A stretch of 33,430 nt of DNA from Acidimicrobiales bacterium (GCA_041622835.1 JBFJYB010000001.1:1-33430), one strand, 5' to 3'; shown: positions 9,087-21,296, counted from the first letter of the stretch. Translations and numbers: made by a program. The notes: generated by a model not told the origin, from the letters alone.

Positions 9087-9344
9087 GTGACCGAGACCCG
9101 ACTCGGCGACCTGGTCCGCGACGGCGTCTACGTCGCGGTCGGCACCGGGGTCCTGGCCTACCAGCGGATCCAGGTGGCACGCCGCGACCTCGAGCGCCGC
9201 GTGGCCGACCTGGAGGACCGGGTCGACGACGCCCTCGACTCGGTCAGCGACCTGCTCCCCCGTCCCGCCCAGACCGTCCTGTCGACGGTTCGCCAGACCA
9301 CCAAGGACGGCGCCGCCCAGCTCCGGGCTCTCGTCGGCCGCTGA
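9087..9344 (+). CDS. Small hypothetical protein (85 aa, helical/coiled-coil-like)
   Basis: The ORF starts at GTG and shows a very strong G/C third-position bias throughout. Sequence: MTETRLGDLVRDGVYVAVGTGVLAYQRIQVARRDLERRVADLEDRVDD... It lies 16 nt upstream of the GT4 gene. I recognise no family. Confidence 0.55.
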   Translation: MTETRLGDLVRDGVYVAVGTGVLAYQRIQVARRDLERRVADLEDRVDDALDSVSDLLPRPAQTVLSTVRQTTKDGAAQLRALVGR

Positions 9345-9360
9345 GAAGCACAGGCGGACC

Positions 9361-10488
9361 ATGGGCTCCGACCGGCTGACGCTGGCGATCGACGCCACCC
9401 CGCTGCTCGGCCCGCGTACGGGCATCGGGACCTTCGTCGAGAACCTGCTCGGACACCTCGACCCGACCGACGTGGAGGTCACCGCCTTCTCGGTCACGTG
9501 GCGGGGGCGCCGGCTGCTCCACCGAGCGGCCCCGAAGGGGGTCCGGGTCGTCGCCCCACCGCTGCCGGCCCGGCCGCTGCGGACGCTGTGGGCCCGCCTC
9601 GGGGGTCCGCCGATCGAGTGGTTCGTCGGCGAGGCCGACGTCGTGCACGGCCCCAACTTCGTCGTGCCGCCGGCGAGGCGGGCCGCCACCGTGGTGTCGG
9701 TCGCCGATCTGACGCCCGTGCACTGGCCGGAGCTGTGCACCACGCCGGTGAGGCGCTACCCCGAGCTGATCCAACGAGCGATCGATCGAGGCGCCTTGGT
9801 CCACGCCATCTCCGACTTCGTGGCCGACGAGATCCGCGAGCACTTCGCCATCGAGCCGGACCGGGTCGCGACGGTGCACCTCGGTGTCGCCCGGCCGACC
9901 GGCACCGGCGGCGATCCGCCGCCGACCGACCGGCCCTATGTCGTGGCGACCGGAACCATCGAGCCGAGGAAGAACCTGCCGGTGCTGGTGGCCGCCTTCG
10001 ACCGGATCGCCGGTGCGATCGACCTCGACCTGGTGATCGCCGGGCCCGACGGCTGGGGTGTCGACGAGCTCGACGCCGCCATCTCGTCCAGCCCCCACCG
10101 CCGCCGCATCCACCGACTCCCCTGGATCGACGACGCCTCGCGCCAGCGGCTGGTCGCCGAGGCCGCGGTGCTCGCCTACCCGTCCCGCTACGAGGGCTTC
10201 GGGCTGCCACCGCTCGAGGCCATGGCCCTCGACACGCCGGTCGTCGCGGCCCGGGCCGGAGCGGTGCCCGAGAACGTCGGCGGCGCCGCGATCCAGGTCG
10301 AGCCGGGGGACGTCGACGGCCTCGCCGCGGCGCTGCACGACGTGCTCTCGGACGAGGCGCGGCGAGCCGAGCTGGTCGCCGCCGGCCGGCTTCGGGCCGC
10401 CGACTTCGACTGGGGCGACTGTGCCGCCGGGCTGACCGCCCTCTACCGCCGGGCCGCGTCCGACAGGGCACGCCCGCTGCGACCGTAG
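9361..10488 (+). CDS. GT4-family glycosyltransferase (GT-B, retaining type)
   Basis: The 375-aa ORF carries the C-terminal E-x7-E region PSRYEGFGLPPLEAMA. Its N-terminus, LTLAIDATPLLGPRTGIGTFVENLL, is typical of GT4 mannosyl/glycosyl transferases. Confidence 0.88.
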   Translation: MGSDRLTLAIDATPLLGPRTGIGTFVENLLGHLDPTDVEVTAFSVTWRGRRLLHRAAPKGVRVVAPPLPARPLRTLWARLGGPPIEWFVGEADVVHGPNFVVPPARRAATVVSVADLTPVHWPELCTTPVRRYPELIQRAIDRGALVHAISDFVADEIREHFAIEPDRVATVHLGVARPTGTGGDPPPTDRPYVVATGTIEPRKNLPVLVAAFDRIAGAIDLDLVIAGPDGWGVDELDAAISSSPHRRRIHRLPWIDDASRQRLVAEAAVLAYPSRYEGFGLPPLEAMALDTPVVAARAGAVPENVGGAAIQVEPGDVDGLAAALHDVLSDEARRAELVAAGRLRAADFDWGDCAAGLTALYRRAASDRARPLRP

Positions 10489-10526
10489 ACTCGTGCGATG
10501 AGCTACCACGCCGGGTGGGCCGACTG

Positions 10527-13394
<2,868 letters not shown>

Positions 13395-13398
<4 letters not shown>

Positions 13399-14093
13399 CG
13401 GCGCTCGAGATCCGCGCCGTCGACGGCCTGCCCGAGATCGAGGCGGGCGCCGACCTGGCCTCGATGATCGCATCGGCCGGCGAGCTCGTGGACGGCGACG
13501 TGGTCGTCGTCACCCAGAAGATCGTGTCGAAGGCCGAGGACGCCATCGCCGAGGTGGACCCCGACGACCCGCTGAGCCACAAGCCGCTCGTCGAGCGGGA
13601 GTCGGTGCGGATCCTGCGGCGACGGGGTGACCTGATCATCAGCGAGACCAAGCACGGGTTCGTGTGCGCCAACGCCGGCATCGACCTGTCGAACGTCGAG
13701 CGGGGTCACGCCGCGCTGCTCCCCGAGGACCCGGACCGCTCGGCCCGGCGCATCCGGGACGGCCTGCGGGCCAGGGCCGGCGTCGAGGTGGCGGTGATCG
13801 TCTCGGACACCTTCGGCCGACCGTGGCGCCGCGGCGTGACCGACGTGGCCATCGGCAGCGCCGGGATCCGGCCGGTGATCGACCTGCGCGGCACCGCCGA
13901 CGCCTTCGGCCGCGAGCTCCAGGTGACCGAGGTGGCGGTGGTCGACGAGATCGCCGCCGCCGCCGAGCTGGTCATGGGCAAGTCGGCCGGCATCCCGGTG
14001 GCCGTGGTGCGAGGCGTCGACCCGACCTGGCTGGGCGACGGCTCGGTGCGCGACGACCTGATCCGCAACCCCAGCGAGGATCTCTTTCGCTAG
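13395..14093 (+). CDS. cofE: Coenzyme F420-0:L-glutamate ligase (CofE-type, single domain)
   Basis: ATG at 13395 overlaps the cofD stop (ATGA). Motifs: LPEIEAGADLASMI...VVVVTQKIVSKAE...HGFVCANAGIDLSN...VIVSDTFGRPWRRG. At 232 aa it covers only the ligase domain. Confidence 0.88.
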
Positions 14094-14209
14094 GCGCAGC
14101 GATAATCCGCTGCGCCGCCTTCGGCATCTGGCGCCACCCGCAGCTGCGCCGACGACGCAGTCGTCGACGCCCCACCCGGAACCTCTAGGCGCAGCGATGA
14201 TCCGCAACC
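14091..14209. repeat. Short direct repeat in the cofE / His-rich-gene convergent intergenic region
   Basis: taggcgcagcgatAatccgc (14091..14110) and taggcgcagcgatGatccgc (14186..14205) match at 19 of 20 positions and lie 95 nt apart. The second copy continues as gatccgcaacc, which also occurs at the cofE 3' end (14060..14070). Confidence 0.6.
14093..14116 (+). terminator. Perfect 9-bp hairpin immediately after the cofE stop (possible intrinsic terminator, no U-tract)
   Basis: GGCGCAGCG-ataatc-CGCTGCGCC, with the stem starting at the last base of the TAG stop. It lies between convergent genes. No T-run follows, so its function as a terminator is inferred only. Confidence 0.45.
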
Positions 14210-14259
14210 AGCCGGGCGCCTCGGCGCTCGGCGGGCGAATGGCACTGTTCGCCGACTGA

Positions 14260-14931
14260 TCAGCCGCCGATGGGGGTGGGCTCGGTCAAGATGTCGGTGA
14301 CCTGCTCGATGTTGGGGATCGAGGGCGGGGGCGGGATCTCGGCGCCCAGCGGGGCCAGGGCGAAGGTGAACGCCTCGACGTTGCGGAGGAAGCGCTCGGA
14401 CTCGATGTCCTCGGTCACCACCTCGGGGGCGGTCGTCTCGGCCTCGAGTGCGTTGCTCCAGCGCAGCAGCTGGACCACCGCCGGCTCGCCGTCGCAGTCG
14501 ACGCCGGCCTCGAGCCGCTCGCCGGAGGCCAGCGTGATGGCTTCGGGCGACACGTCGATGCTGAGCTGGTCGAGGAACACCTCGAGGGTGGCGCCCTTGC
14601 CGGTGGCGTTGGCCGAGAACGGGTGGATGTGCATCAGGCCGTCGCCGTGGGTGTGGATGCCGAGCACGTCGGGGCCGACGTCGTTCTGCGGCGGCAGGTA
14701 GGACTGGGTGGTGCAGTCGTAGATGCCGTAGGCGGAGTGCCAGTGGTCGCTGAGCGTCGGCTCGGCGACCGCGTCGCGGGTGCTGCGGGCGAACGCCACC
14801 AGGGCGACCCCCAGCAACATGACGACGATGACCGCGGCAGGGAAGCCGATGGCCCGACGATCGGTCGTACGGCTGGTCGACCCGGCCCGAGCGGCGCGGG
14901 CGACCTTCTTCGCAGAGGATGCCTTACCCAT
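14260..14931 (-). CDS. Membrane-anchored extracytoplasmic His-rich protein (hypothetical)
   Basis: The 223-aa ORF has a basic N-terminus and a TM anchor (IGFPAAVIVVMLLGVALVAFA). The external domain carries HWH...C...HTHGDGLMHIHPF and ends in a Pro-rich tail. It lies 29 nt downstream of the GT4 gene on the same strand. Confidence 0.7.
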   Translation of the reverse strand: MGKASSAKKVARAARAGSTSRTTDRRAIGFPAAVIVVMLLGVALVAFARSTRDAVAEPTLSDHWHSAYGIYDCTTQSYLPPQNDVGPDVLGIHTHGDGLMHIHPFSANATGKGATLEVFLDQLSIDVSPEAITLASGERLEAGVDCDGEPAVVQLLRWSNALEAETTAPEVVTEDIESERFLRNVEAFTFALAPLGAEIPPPPSIPNIEQVTDILTEPTPIGG

Positions 14932-14960
14932 GCCCCCACGCTAACGGCGAGATCGGGGGA

Positions 14961-16211
14961 TCAGCGCTCACCCCGCCGACGGGCCTGCATCTCCTGGAAG
15001 AGCTCGACGTACGCGGCGGCGGCCGCGGTGGGCGTGAGCCACTTCTCGACGAACGTGCGGCCCGAGCGGCCCTGCTCGGCCAGGGTCTCCCTGTCGGCCA
15101 GCATCTCCCCGAGGGCCCGATCGAAGGCCCCCTGGTCGTCGGGGGCCACGCTGACGCCGGCGCCGGCGGTCTCGAGCACCCTCGACACCTCGGTACCGGG
15201 ATCGATCGACGCGAGGACCGGACGACCCGCGGCGAGGATCGAGTACAGCTTGGACGGGACGCTCGACGAGCCGAGGCCTCGGCGCAGGGGCACGACGTGC
15301 AGGTCGGCGGCCGCCAGCACCTCGGGCAGACGCTCGGCCGGCTGGTACCCGACGAACCGCACGTTCGGGAGGCCCTCGGCCCGGCGCTCGAGCTCGGCCC
15401 GGCCCGAGCCGCCACCGTTGACGACGAAGACGACGTCGTCGCGGTCGGTCATCCGGCGGGCCGCCTCGACCAGCAGCTCGACCGACTGCGAGAAGCCGAT
15501 GTTGCCGGCGTACATCACCACGGTCTCGTCGCCCAGCCCCAGCTCGCGCCGGTAGCCGTTGTCGCGCGGGCCGGGTCGGATCGCCTCGCAGTCGACGAAG
15601 TTCGGGATCACCCTGACCTCCGTGCCGTGGCCGGCTCCACTGGCCTCGAGCTTGGCGGTGACGTTGGCAGCCAGCTCCTGGCTGAGCACGGTCACGGCGT
15701 CGGCCCGCCGGTAGCACTGGCGCTCGACGGTGCGGGCCACACGGATGATCCGCTCGTTGGTGAGCGAGCCCACTGCGATGGCGACGTCGGGGAAGATGTC
15801 CTGCACGTTGAACACGAACGGCACGCGCCAGCGCCGGGCCGCGACCCAGCCGGCCTCGGCCAGCGACAACGGCGGCGACATCACCAGCACGCCGTCGGGG
15901 CGAGGTCCCCGCAGCGCCGCGACCGATGCCTCGATCGTGAAGGCGCCGAAGGCCAGGGCGCGGGCCGGCACGTTGCGCTTGTCGGTCGGGAACGGGTGGA
16001 GGCGGGTGATCTTGCCCCAGTCGACGGTCTCGGTCCGGGCCAGGCGACCCGACCACTCGGGCTCGACCCGGTTACGGAGGTACCACGGCAGCGAGGTGAC
16101 CACGTCGACCCGGTGACCGGCATCGGTGATGCCCCCGACGATCCCACCGAGCACCTCGCCCGTCGGCGCGACGTCGGGTGGGAAGTGGGGGCCGATCACG
16201 AGCAGGCGCAT
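14961..16211 (-). CDS. GT4-family glycosyltransferase (WcaI/WbuB-like)
   Basis: The real start is ATG 16211 (MRLLVIGPHFPPDVAPTGEVL...) inside track ORF 14961..16871. The protein is 416 aa. The N-terminal PHFPPD...G pattern and the C-terminal GT-B half (VPLRRGLGSSSVPSKLYSILAAGRPVLA) are typical of the WcaI/WbuB subgroup. Confidence 0.85.
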   Translation of the reverse strand: MRLLVIGPHFPPDVAPTGEVLGGIVGGITDAGHRVDVVTSLPWYLRNRVEPEWSGRLARTETVDWGKITRLHPFPTDKRNVPARALAFGAFTIEASVAALRGPRPDGVLVMSPPLSLAEAGWVAARRWRVPFVFNVQDIFPDVAIAVGSLTNERIIRVARTVERQCYRRADAVTVLSQELAANVTAKLEASGAGHGTEVRVIPNFVDCEAIRPGPRDNGYRRELGLGDETVVMYAGNIGFSQSVELLVEAARRMTDRDDVVFVVNGGGSGRAELERRAEGLPNVRFVGYQPAERLPEVLAAADLHVVPLRRGLGSSSVPSKLYSILAAGRPVLASIDPGTEVSRVLETAGAGVSVAPDDQGAFDRALGEMLADRETLAEQGRSGRTFVEKWLTPTAAAAAYVELFQEMQARRRGER

Positions 16212-16252
16212 CGGTCGGGATGCTATTGCCACCTCCGGAGAACGGGGCGGGG

Positions 16253-17221
16253 TCAGCGGCGGTCGGATTCCGCCAGCCACCCCAGGGTGCGGCCCACACC
16301 CTCCGGCATCGAGAACGGCAGGGGTCCGGTCAGCTCGTCGAGCTCGGCCGAGGGGAACGCCGAGGACGTGAGCATGTTCTCGAGGCGGAACCGGGTGAGC
16401 GGGGGCTCCGACCAGACGCCGAGGCGGGCGGCGACGTCGCCCACGGTCGCGGCGACCCGTAGCGCAGCGAGCGGGACCCGGCGAGGGGCACGACGCCCGG
16501 CTGCAGCGGCGATGGCGTCGGCGAGCTCGTCGATCGAGTACGGCGGCGTGTCGGCGAGGTAGTGCGTGCTCGACGCCTCTCCCTCGTCGAGCAGGGCGTC
16601 GATCTGGACGACAGTGTTGCCGACGAACCCGAACGCCTTGTCGACGCGGGTGCGGCCCGGGTGGACGTAGCGCCCGGCGAGGACGTGGTCGAAGAAGTCC
16701 CGGTACGGCGTTGCGAACCAGGGGCCCCAGATCGACGTCGGGCGCACGATCACCCACGAACACGCCGGCGCCCACCGCCTGACCAGCTCCTCCATCTGCT
16801 GCTTGCTGCGCCCGTAGGCGGTCGTCGGGCAGTAGTCGGTGTCGGAGGTCGGGATGTACCCGTTGCGGCACACGAGCAGGCTCGACGCGACGACGAGGCG
16901 CTCGACGCCGCCGTGGCCCTCGACCGCCGCCAGCAGGTTCTGGGTGCCCTCGGTGTTCACGGCGTAGTCGTCGGCTCCGCCACCGGTGAGATCGGTGCGA
17001 GCGGCGAGGTGCACGACATGGGTGGGGTCGGCGGCGGCGACGGCCGCCACGAGCTCGCCCCGATCCCCGACGTCACACGACCGCCAGCACGCGGCGTGGG
17101 TGGGGTCGCGAGGCGGGGCCACGTCCAGGTTCACGACCGGCTCGCCCCGAGCGACGTAGTGGGCGACCAGGTTGGTCCCGATGAAGCCCGACCCGCCGGT
17201 GACCAGCAGCCGCCGGCTCAC
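16253..17221 (-). CDS. NAD-dependent epimerase/dehydratase (extended SDR)
   Basis: GTG at 17221 overlaps the upstream stop (GTGA). Motifs are LLVTGGSGFIGTNLV (GxxGxxG) and YGRSK (YxxxK). The protein is 322 aa. Confidence 0.85.
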   Translation of the reverse strand: MSRRLLVTGGSGFIGTNLVAHYVARGEPVVNLDVAPPRDPTHAACWRSCDVGDRGELVAAVAAADPTHVVHLAARTDLTGGGADDYAVNTEGTQNLLAAVEGHGGVERLVVASSLLVCRNGYIPTSDTDYCPTTAYGRSKQQMEELVRRWAPACSWVIVRPTSIWGPWFATPYRDFFDHVLAGRYVHPGRTRVDKAFGFVGNTVVQIDALLDEGEASSTHYLADTPPYSIDELADAIAAAAGRRAPRRVPLAALRVAATVGDVAARLGVWSEPPLTRFRLENMLTSSAFPSAELDELTGPLPFSMPEGVGRTLGWLAESDRR

Positions 17222-18333
17222 CGTGACCGCCCCGCGGCCGAGGCCGCCGACCGCAGCACCGCAGCGGTCTGGTGTCCCGCCTCCTCCCACGAGAAGCGGG
17301 CCAGGTTGGCCCGCCCGGCCGCGGCGAGACGCTCGCGTTCGGCCGGGTCGGCGCCCAGCACCGCCATGGCCTCGACGAGCTGGTCGACGCGACGAGGGTG
17401 GAAGAAGCGGGCGCCGGAGCCGGCCACCTCGGGGAGCGGCCCGGCATCCGAGCAGATGAGCGGGGCATCCAGCAGCTGGGCTTCGAGCACCGGCAACCCG
17501 AAGCCCTCGTAGGTCGAGGCGTTCACGACCGCGACGGAGGACCGGTACCAGCCGGCCAGCTCGGCGTCACCCACCTCGCCGACATGGTGCACGTACCCGC
17601 CGGCGTCGTGGGCGGCGATCGCCTCGGCCAGCACGCCGTAGGGATCGGCCCCCACCACACGGAGCTCGGCGTCGACGCCGCGATCGCGGAGCTGGCCGAC
17701 GGCCTCGACGACGGTGGCCGCGTTCTTGTTCCTGGTCACCGAGGCCACCATCAAGAAGTAGGGCCGGCACGCGGGCGGCGGCACCGGCTCGACGTCGGCG
17801 AGCGCCGATCGGGCCCCCTGGTAGACGACCGTCGTCTTGCCGCGCGATGCGGGGATCAGCTCCTCGAGATCGCGCCGCGTGTTCTCGGAGACGGCGATCA
17901 CGGCCGCGCAGGCCGCGACCGATCTGGGGATGAAGGTGCGGTAGTAGGCCCGCCGCACCCGTGGGATGGCCTCGGGGCAGCGCTCGTAGTACAGGTCGTG
18001 GATCGTCACCACTCTCGCGACCGGGCCGCGCAGCGGCGAGACGTAGCCGGTGCTGAACAAGACGTCGACGCCATCGTCGGCGGCGTGCCGAGGGAGCCGG
18101 GCCTGCTCCCACAGGACTCGCCGACCGGCCGACGAGAAGCGGGGACAGGCTCTGACCGTGCACTGCGCCGCGATCTCCTCGGACGGCACGTAGCCGTCCT
18201 GCGCGTAGAGCACCAGGTCGACATCGTCCATCCTCATCAGCTGTTCGACGACCGACCACGTGTAGGTCGCGGTGCCGCTGCGTCGGCCCGGGTCGAGGAA
18301 GAGCGTGTTGACACCCACTCGGATCGGCGTCAC
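17218..18333 (-). CDS. GT4-family glycosyltransferase
   Basis: GTG at 18333 overlaps the upstream stop (GTGA). Motifs are IRVGVNTLFLDPGRRSGTATY and STYEGFGLPVLEAQ (E-x7-E). Confidence 0.88.
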   Translation of the reverse strand: MTPIRVGVNTLFLDPGRRSGTATYTWSVVEQLMRMDDVDLVLYAQDGYVPSEEIAAQCTVRACPRFSSAGRRVLWEQARLPRHAADDGVDVLFSTGYVSPLRGPVARVVTIHDLYYERCPEAIPRVRRAYYRTFIPRSVAACAAVIAVSENTRRDLEELIPASRGKTTVVYQGARSALADVEPVPPPACRPYFLMVASVTRNKNAATVVEAVGQLRDRGVDAELRVVGADPYGVLAEAIAAHDAGGYVHHVGEVGDAELAGWYRSSVAVVNASTYEGFGLPVLEAQLLDAPLICSDAGPLPEVAGSGARFFHPRRVDQLVEAMAVLGADPAERERLAAAGRANLARFSWEEAGHQTAAVLRSAASAAGRSR

Positions 18334-19487
18334 GCCCCGAGCTCCCGGTAGAGGTCGGCGATCAGCGCCGCGGTGCGCTCCCAGGTGTAGGTCGCCGCCC
18401 GCTCCTGTCCGGTCCGGCCCAGGGCCTTGGCCGCCGGCTCGTCCTCGAGCAGCCCGCCCAGGGCGTCGGCGATCTGGTCGATCGACTCCGGGTCGACCAG
18501 GAGGCCGGTCCGTCCCGCCACCTCGGCGGTGGCGGTGTCGGTCGACGTGACGACCGGCGCTCCCTGGTACATGGCTTCGAGGACCGGGAGTCCGAACCCC
18601 TCCGAGAGGCTCGGGTAGCAGAAGACGGCTGCACCCGCGTACAGGCTGCGCAGATCGTCGTCGGGGACGAACCCGAGCCGGTGCAGCTCGACCCGCGACC
18701 GCAGATCGTCGACCGGCTCACCCCACCCTTCGGGGCCGACCAGCACCAGCGCCACGCTGCGGGGCGCGAGCCGCTCGAAGGCACGGACGAGCCGGCGCAG
18801 GTTCTTACGCGGCTCCTCGGTCCCGACCCAGAGGACGTAGCGGTCGGGCAACCCGTACCGGTAGCGGACGCCGGTCACCTCGGCCGGGGTGGCAACCGGC
18901 CCGCCGACCCCCCACGGAACCACCCGGAGCCGGTCCTCGGCGATGCCGTTGGCCGAGCAGTCGTCGGCCGACGCCTGGGACGGGCACATCACCAGGTCGG
19001 CGTGCCGCCGGGTGAGCTCGAGCGAACGGGTGAAGAAGGACTGGCGCGTGGCATGGTCGGGGTGACGCAGGTAGGCGAGGTCGTGGACGGTCACCATCAG
19101 CGGCGCCCGCGACGCCGCGATGGCCGGGCTGGTCGCGTGGACGACGTCGACCTCGCCGGTCGCCCGCTCGACCACGGGCCGGCGCAATCGGTGCCACGCC
19201 TCGTACATCGCCGCGCGGGGCAGCGGCAGCGACCGAACCGGGATCGACGGGCGCCAGGGCTCGGGAGGCAGAGCTCGATGGCGAGCGGCGACGCCGACCA
19301 GCTCGAGGTCGTCGTGGGCCCCGAGCGCAGCCACCGACTCGAGCGCGGCCACCGCGGTCCCACCCGGCACCCGGTGCCAGCACTGCTCGAGGGTGATCGC
19401 GACACGGGTGACCGGGGGGCCGATCTCGTGACGGCTCGGCTCGTGGCGGCTCGACTCGACCCGGGGCATCGAGTCGGAGTCTGACAT
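18330..19487 (-). CDS. GT4-family glycosyltransferase
   Basis: The start was placed at ATG 19487, with ATG 19469 as an alternative, inside track ORF 18330..19745. Motifs are VAITLEQCWHRVPGGTA and PSLSEGFGLPVLEAMYQGAPVV. Confidence 0.85.
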   Translation of the reverse strand: MSDSDSMPRVESSRHEPSRHEIGPPVTRVAITLEQCWHRVPGGTAVAALESVAALGAHDDLELVGVAARHRALPPEPWRPSIPVRSLPLPRAAMYEAWHRLRRPVVERATGEVDVVHATSPAIAASRAPLMVTVHDLAYLRHPDHATRQSFFTRSLELTRRHADLVMCPSQASADDCSANGIAEDRLRVVPWGVGGPVATPAEVTGVRYRYGLPDRYVLWVGTEEPRKNLRRLVRAFERLAPRSVALVLVGPEGWGEPVDDLRSRVELHRLGFVPDDDLRSLYAGAAVFCYPSLSEGFGLPVLEAMYQGAPVVTSTDTATAEVAGRTGLLVDPESIDQIADALGGLLEDEPAAKALGRTGQERAATYTWERTAALIADLYRELGA

Positions 19488-19573
19488 GTCCGGTGCGAGC
19501 GCCGCCGCCACCCGACCCGCGCGCTGCGCACCGGGCGGGTTGTCGGGGTCGCGGAAGCTACGCTCGACACTCG
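19488..19573. promoter_or_regulatory. Divergent intergenic region between the GT operon and fcl (promoters expected)
   Basis: This rests on geometry only: there is an 86-nt gap between back-to-back starts at 19487 (-) and 19574 (+). No motif was called. Confidence 0.35.
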
Positions 19574-20533
19574 ATGTCGACCGATCTCGCCGACGCCCGG
19601 GTGCTCGTGACCGGGGGAACCGGGTTCCTGGGGCAGGCAGTCTGCCGCCAGCTCGTCGAGCGCGACGCCTCGGTGATCGCACCGTCGTCGGCCCAGTACG
19701 ACCTGCGGGACACCGCCCAGGCCGAGGCCGCGTTCTCCGACACATCGCCCGACGTCGTGATCCACCTGGCGGCGCGGGTCGGCGGGATCGGCGCCAACCT
19801 CGACCGGCCGGGCGATCTCTACCTCGACAACCTCCGGTTGGGTACCAACGTCATCGACGCCGCCCTCCACGCCGGAACCGGCAAGGTCGTCGTCGTCGGC
19901 ACGATCTGCTCCTACCCGAAGTACACCGAGGTCCCCTTCCGCGAGGACTCGCTGTGGACGGGGTACCCCGAGGAGACCAACGCCCCCTACGGCATCGCCA
20001 AGCTCGCCCAGCTGGTGCATCTCCAGGCCAACCGGAGCCAGTACGGCCAGGTCGGCATCTACCTCATGCCCACCAACCTCTACGGCCCCGGCGACAAGTT
20101 CAGCCCCACGGTCTCCCACGTGATCCCGGCGCTGATCAAGAAGTGCGTCGACGCGGTCGCGCTGGGCCTCGACGAGATCCAGGTGTGGGGCACCGGCAGC
20201 GCGAGCCGCGAGTTCCTGTACGTCGACGACGCGGCCCGCGGGATCGTCCTGGCTACCGAGCGCTACGACGGCGCCGAGCCGGTCAACCTCGGCACCAACA
20301 ACGAGCTACCCATCAAGGAGCTGGTCGGGCTCGTCGCCGAGGCCGCCGGCTACGAGGGCCGCATCCGCTGGGACGACTCGAAGCCCGACGGCCAGCCCCG
20401 CCGAGCGGTCGACCCGAGTCGCGCCCGGGAGCTGTTCGGGTTCGAGGCGACGACGTCGTTCGAGGAGGGGCTGCGGGCCACCGTCGCCTGGTACGTCGCC
20501 AACCGGGACCTGGCCGAGACCCGCGACCGCTGA
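19574..20533 (+). CDS. fcl: GDP-L-fucose synthase (GDP-4-keto-6-deoxy-D-mannose 3,5-epimerase/4-reductase)
   Basis: ATG at 19574 lies inside track ORF 19493..20533. Motifs: VLVTGGTGFLG, HLAARVGGIGANLDRPGDLYLDNLRLGTNVIDAA, GTICSYPKYTEVPFREDSLWTGYPEETNAPYGIAKLA, NLYGPGDKF, VWGTGSASREFLYVDD. This is the classical Fcl/WcaG pattern. Confidence 0.88.
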   Translation: MSTDLADARVLVTGGTGFLGQAVCRQLVERDASVIAPSSAQYDLRDTAQAEAAFSDTSPDVVIHLAARVGGIGANLDRPGDLYLDNLRLGTNVIDAALHAGTGKVVVVGTICSYPKYTEVPFREDSLWTGYPEETNAPYGIAKLAQLVHLQANRSQYGQVGIYLMPTNLYGPGDKFSPTVSHVIPALIKKCVDAVALGLDEIQVWGTGSASREFLYVDDAARGIVLATERYDGAEPVNLGTNNELPIKELVGLVAEAAGYEGRIRWDDSKPDGQPRRAVDPSRARELFGFEATTSFEEGLRATVAWYVANRDLAETRDR

Positions 20534-20576
20534 GCCTCCGCCGTAGCTGGGAAGGGCCGGGGTAGCCTGACCGGCG

Positions 20577-21296
20577 ATGTTGCGCGCCACTACCGACCTC
20601 TCACCCGACGAGCTGGCTCCGATGCTCGAGCAGTGGGGCCCGTGGCGGCTCGAGATCGAGTTCTCGAACGGGTTGAATACGACCGATTTCGGCGTCCAGG
20701 AGCCCTTCATCCCCGAGCCGCTCGGCAAGATCCTGCGGGTCGGGGCGGCGGTCGACCTCGAGGAGTTCCGGGGTGGGCGGGCCATCGACATCGGGTACAA
20801 CATCGGCTACAACACGATCTACCTGGCCGAGACCTACGACATGTCGGTGACCGGTGTCGACATCGGGACCCGCCACAAGGAGGTGGCCGAGTTCCTGCTC
20901 GGAGCGACGACCCTCGCCGACCAGGTCGAGTTCGTCGTGGGCGACGCGACCACGTTCACGACCCCCGAGCCGGTGGACCTGGTCCTGCACTTCGGGACGC
21001 TCTACCACCTGCCCAACCCGCTGCTGGCCGTCGAGACCACGGCCCGCAACCTCCGGCCGGGCGGCCTGCTGGCCCTCGAGACCCAGATCTACATCGGCGA
21101 GGACCAGACACTGTCGAAGTACATCAACGGGTTCATGGGCGACGACACCAACTTCTGGGCCCTCAGCCGCCAGACCCTCCGACGCGTGCTCACCCACTAC
21201 GGGTTCGTCGACATCGAGGTCCTGTTCGAGACCGAGCCCGACTACATCGGCCACGACATGGCCAGGATCATCCTGATCGCTCGCCGGGCCGCCTGA
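20577..21296 (+). CDS. Class I SAM-dependent methyltransferase (DUF1698/CmoB-like architecture)
   Basis: The ORF is 239 aa. An N-terminal beta segment (WRLEIEFSNGLNTTDFG) precedes motif I AIDIGYNIGYNTIYLA, then VTGVDI, FVVGDA, VLHFGTLYHLPNP and LRPGGLLALET. The substrate is unknown. The genomic context suggests sugar O-methylation. Confidence 0.75.
   Translation: MLRATTDLSPDELAPMLEQWGPWRLEIEFSNGLNTTDFGVQEPFIPEPLGKILRVGAAVDLEEFRGGRAIDIGYNIGYNTIYLAETYDMSVTGVDIGTRHKEVAEFLLGATTLADQVEFVVGDATTFTTPEPVDLVLHFGTLYHLPNPLLAVETTARNLRPGGLLALETQIYIGEDQTLSKYINGFMGDDTNFWALSRQTLRRVLTHYGFVDIEVLFETEPDYIGHDMARIILIARRAA

Noticed and set aside
8980-9180. Arg/Gly-rich 67-aa N-terminal extension of the GT2 ORF
   Set aside because: The sequence PRCRPRRRRRRGPGRRVGSRSRGRGHGGG looks like non-coding high-GC sequence read in frame. 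The GT2 fold starts about 35 aa after the GTG at 8979. The start nevertheless remains uncertain.
20577-21296. Possible lower GC in the methyltransferase gene, suggesting horizontal acquisition
   Set aside because: This is only a visual impression (more A/T-ending codons near the 5' end). I could not compute GC or codon statistics, so it is not claimed.
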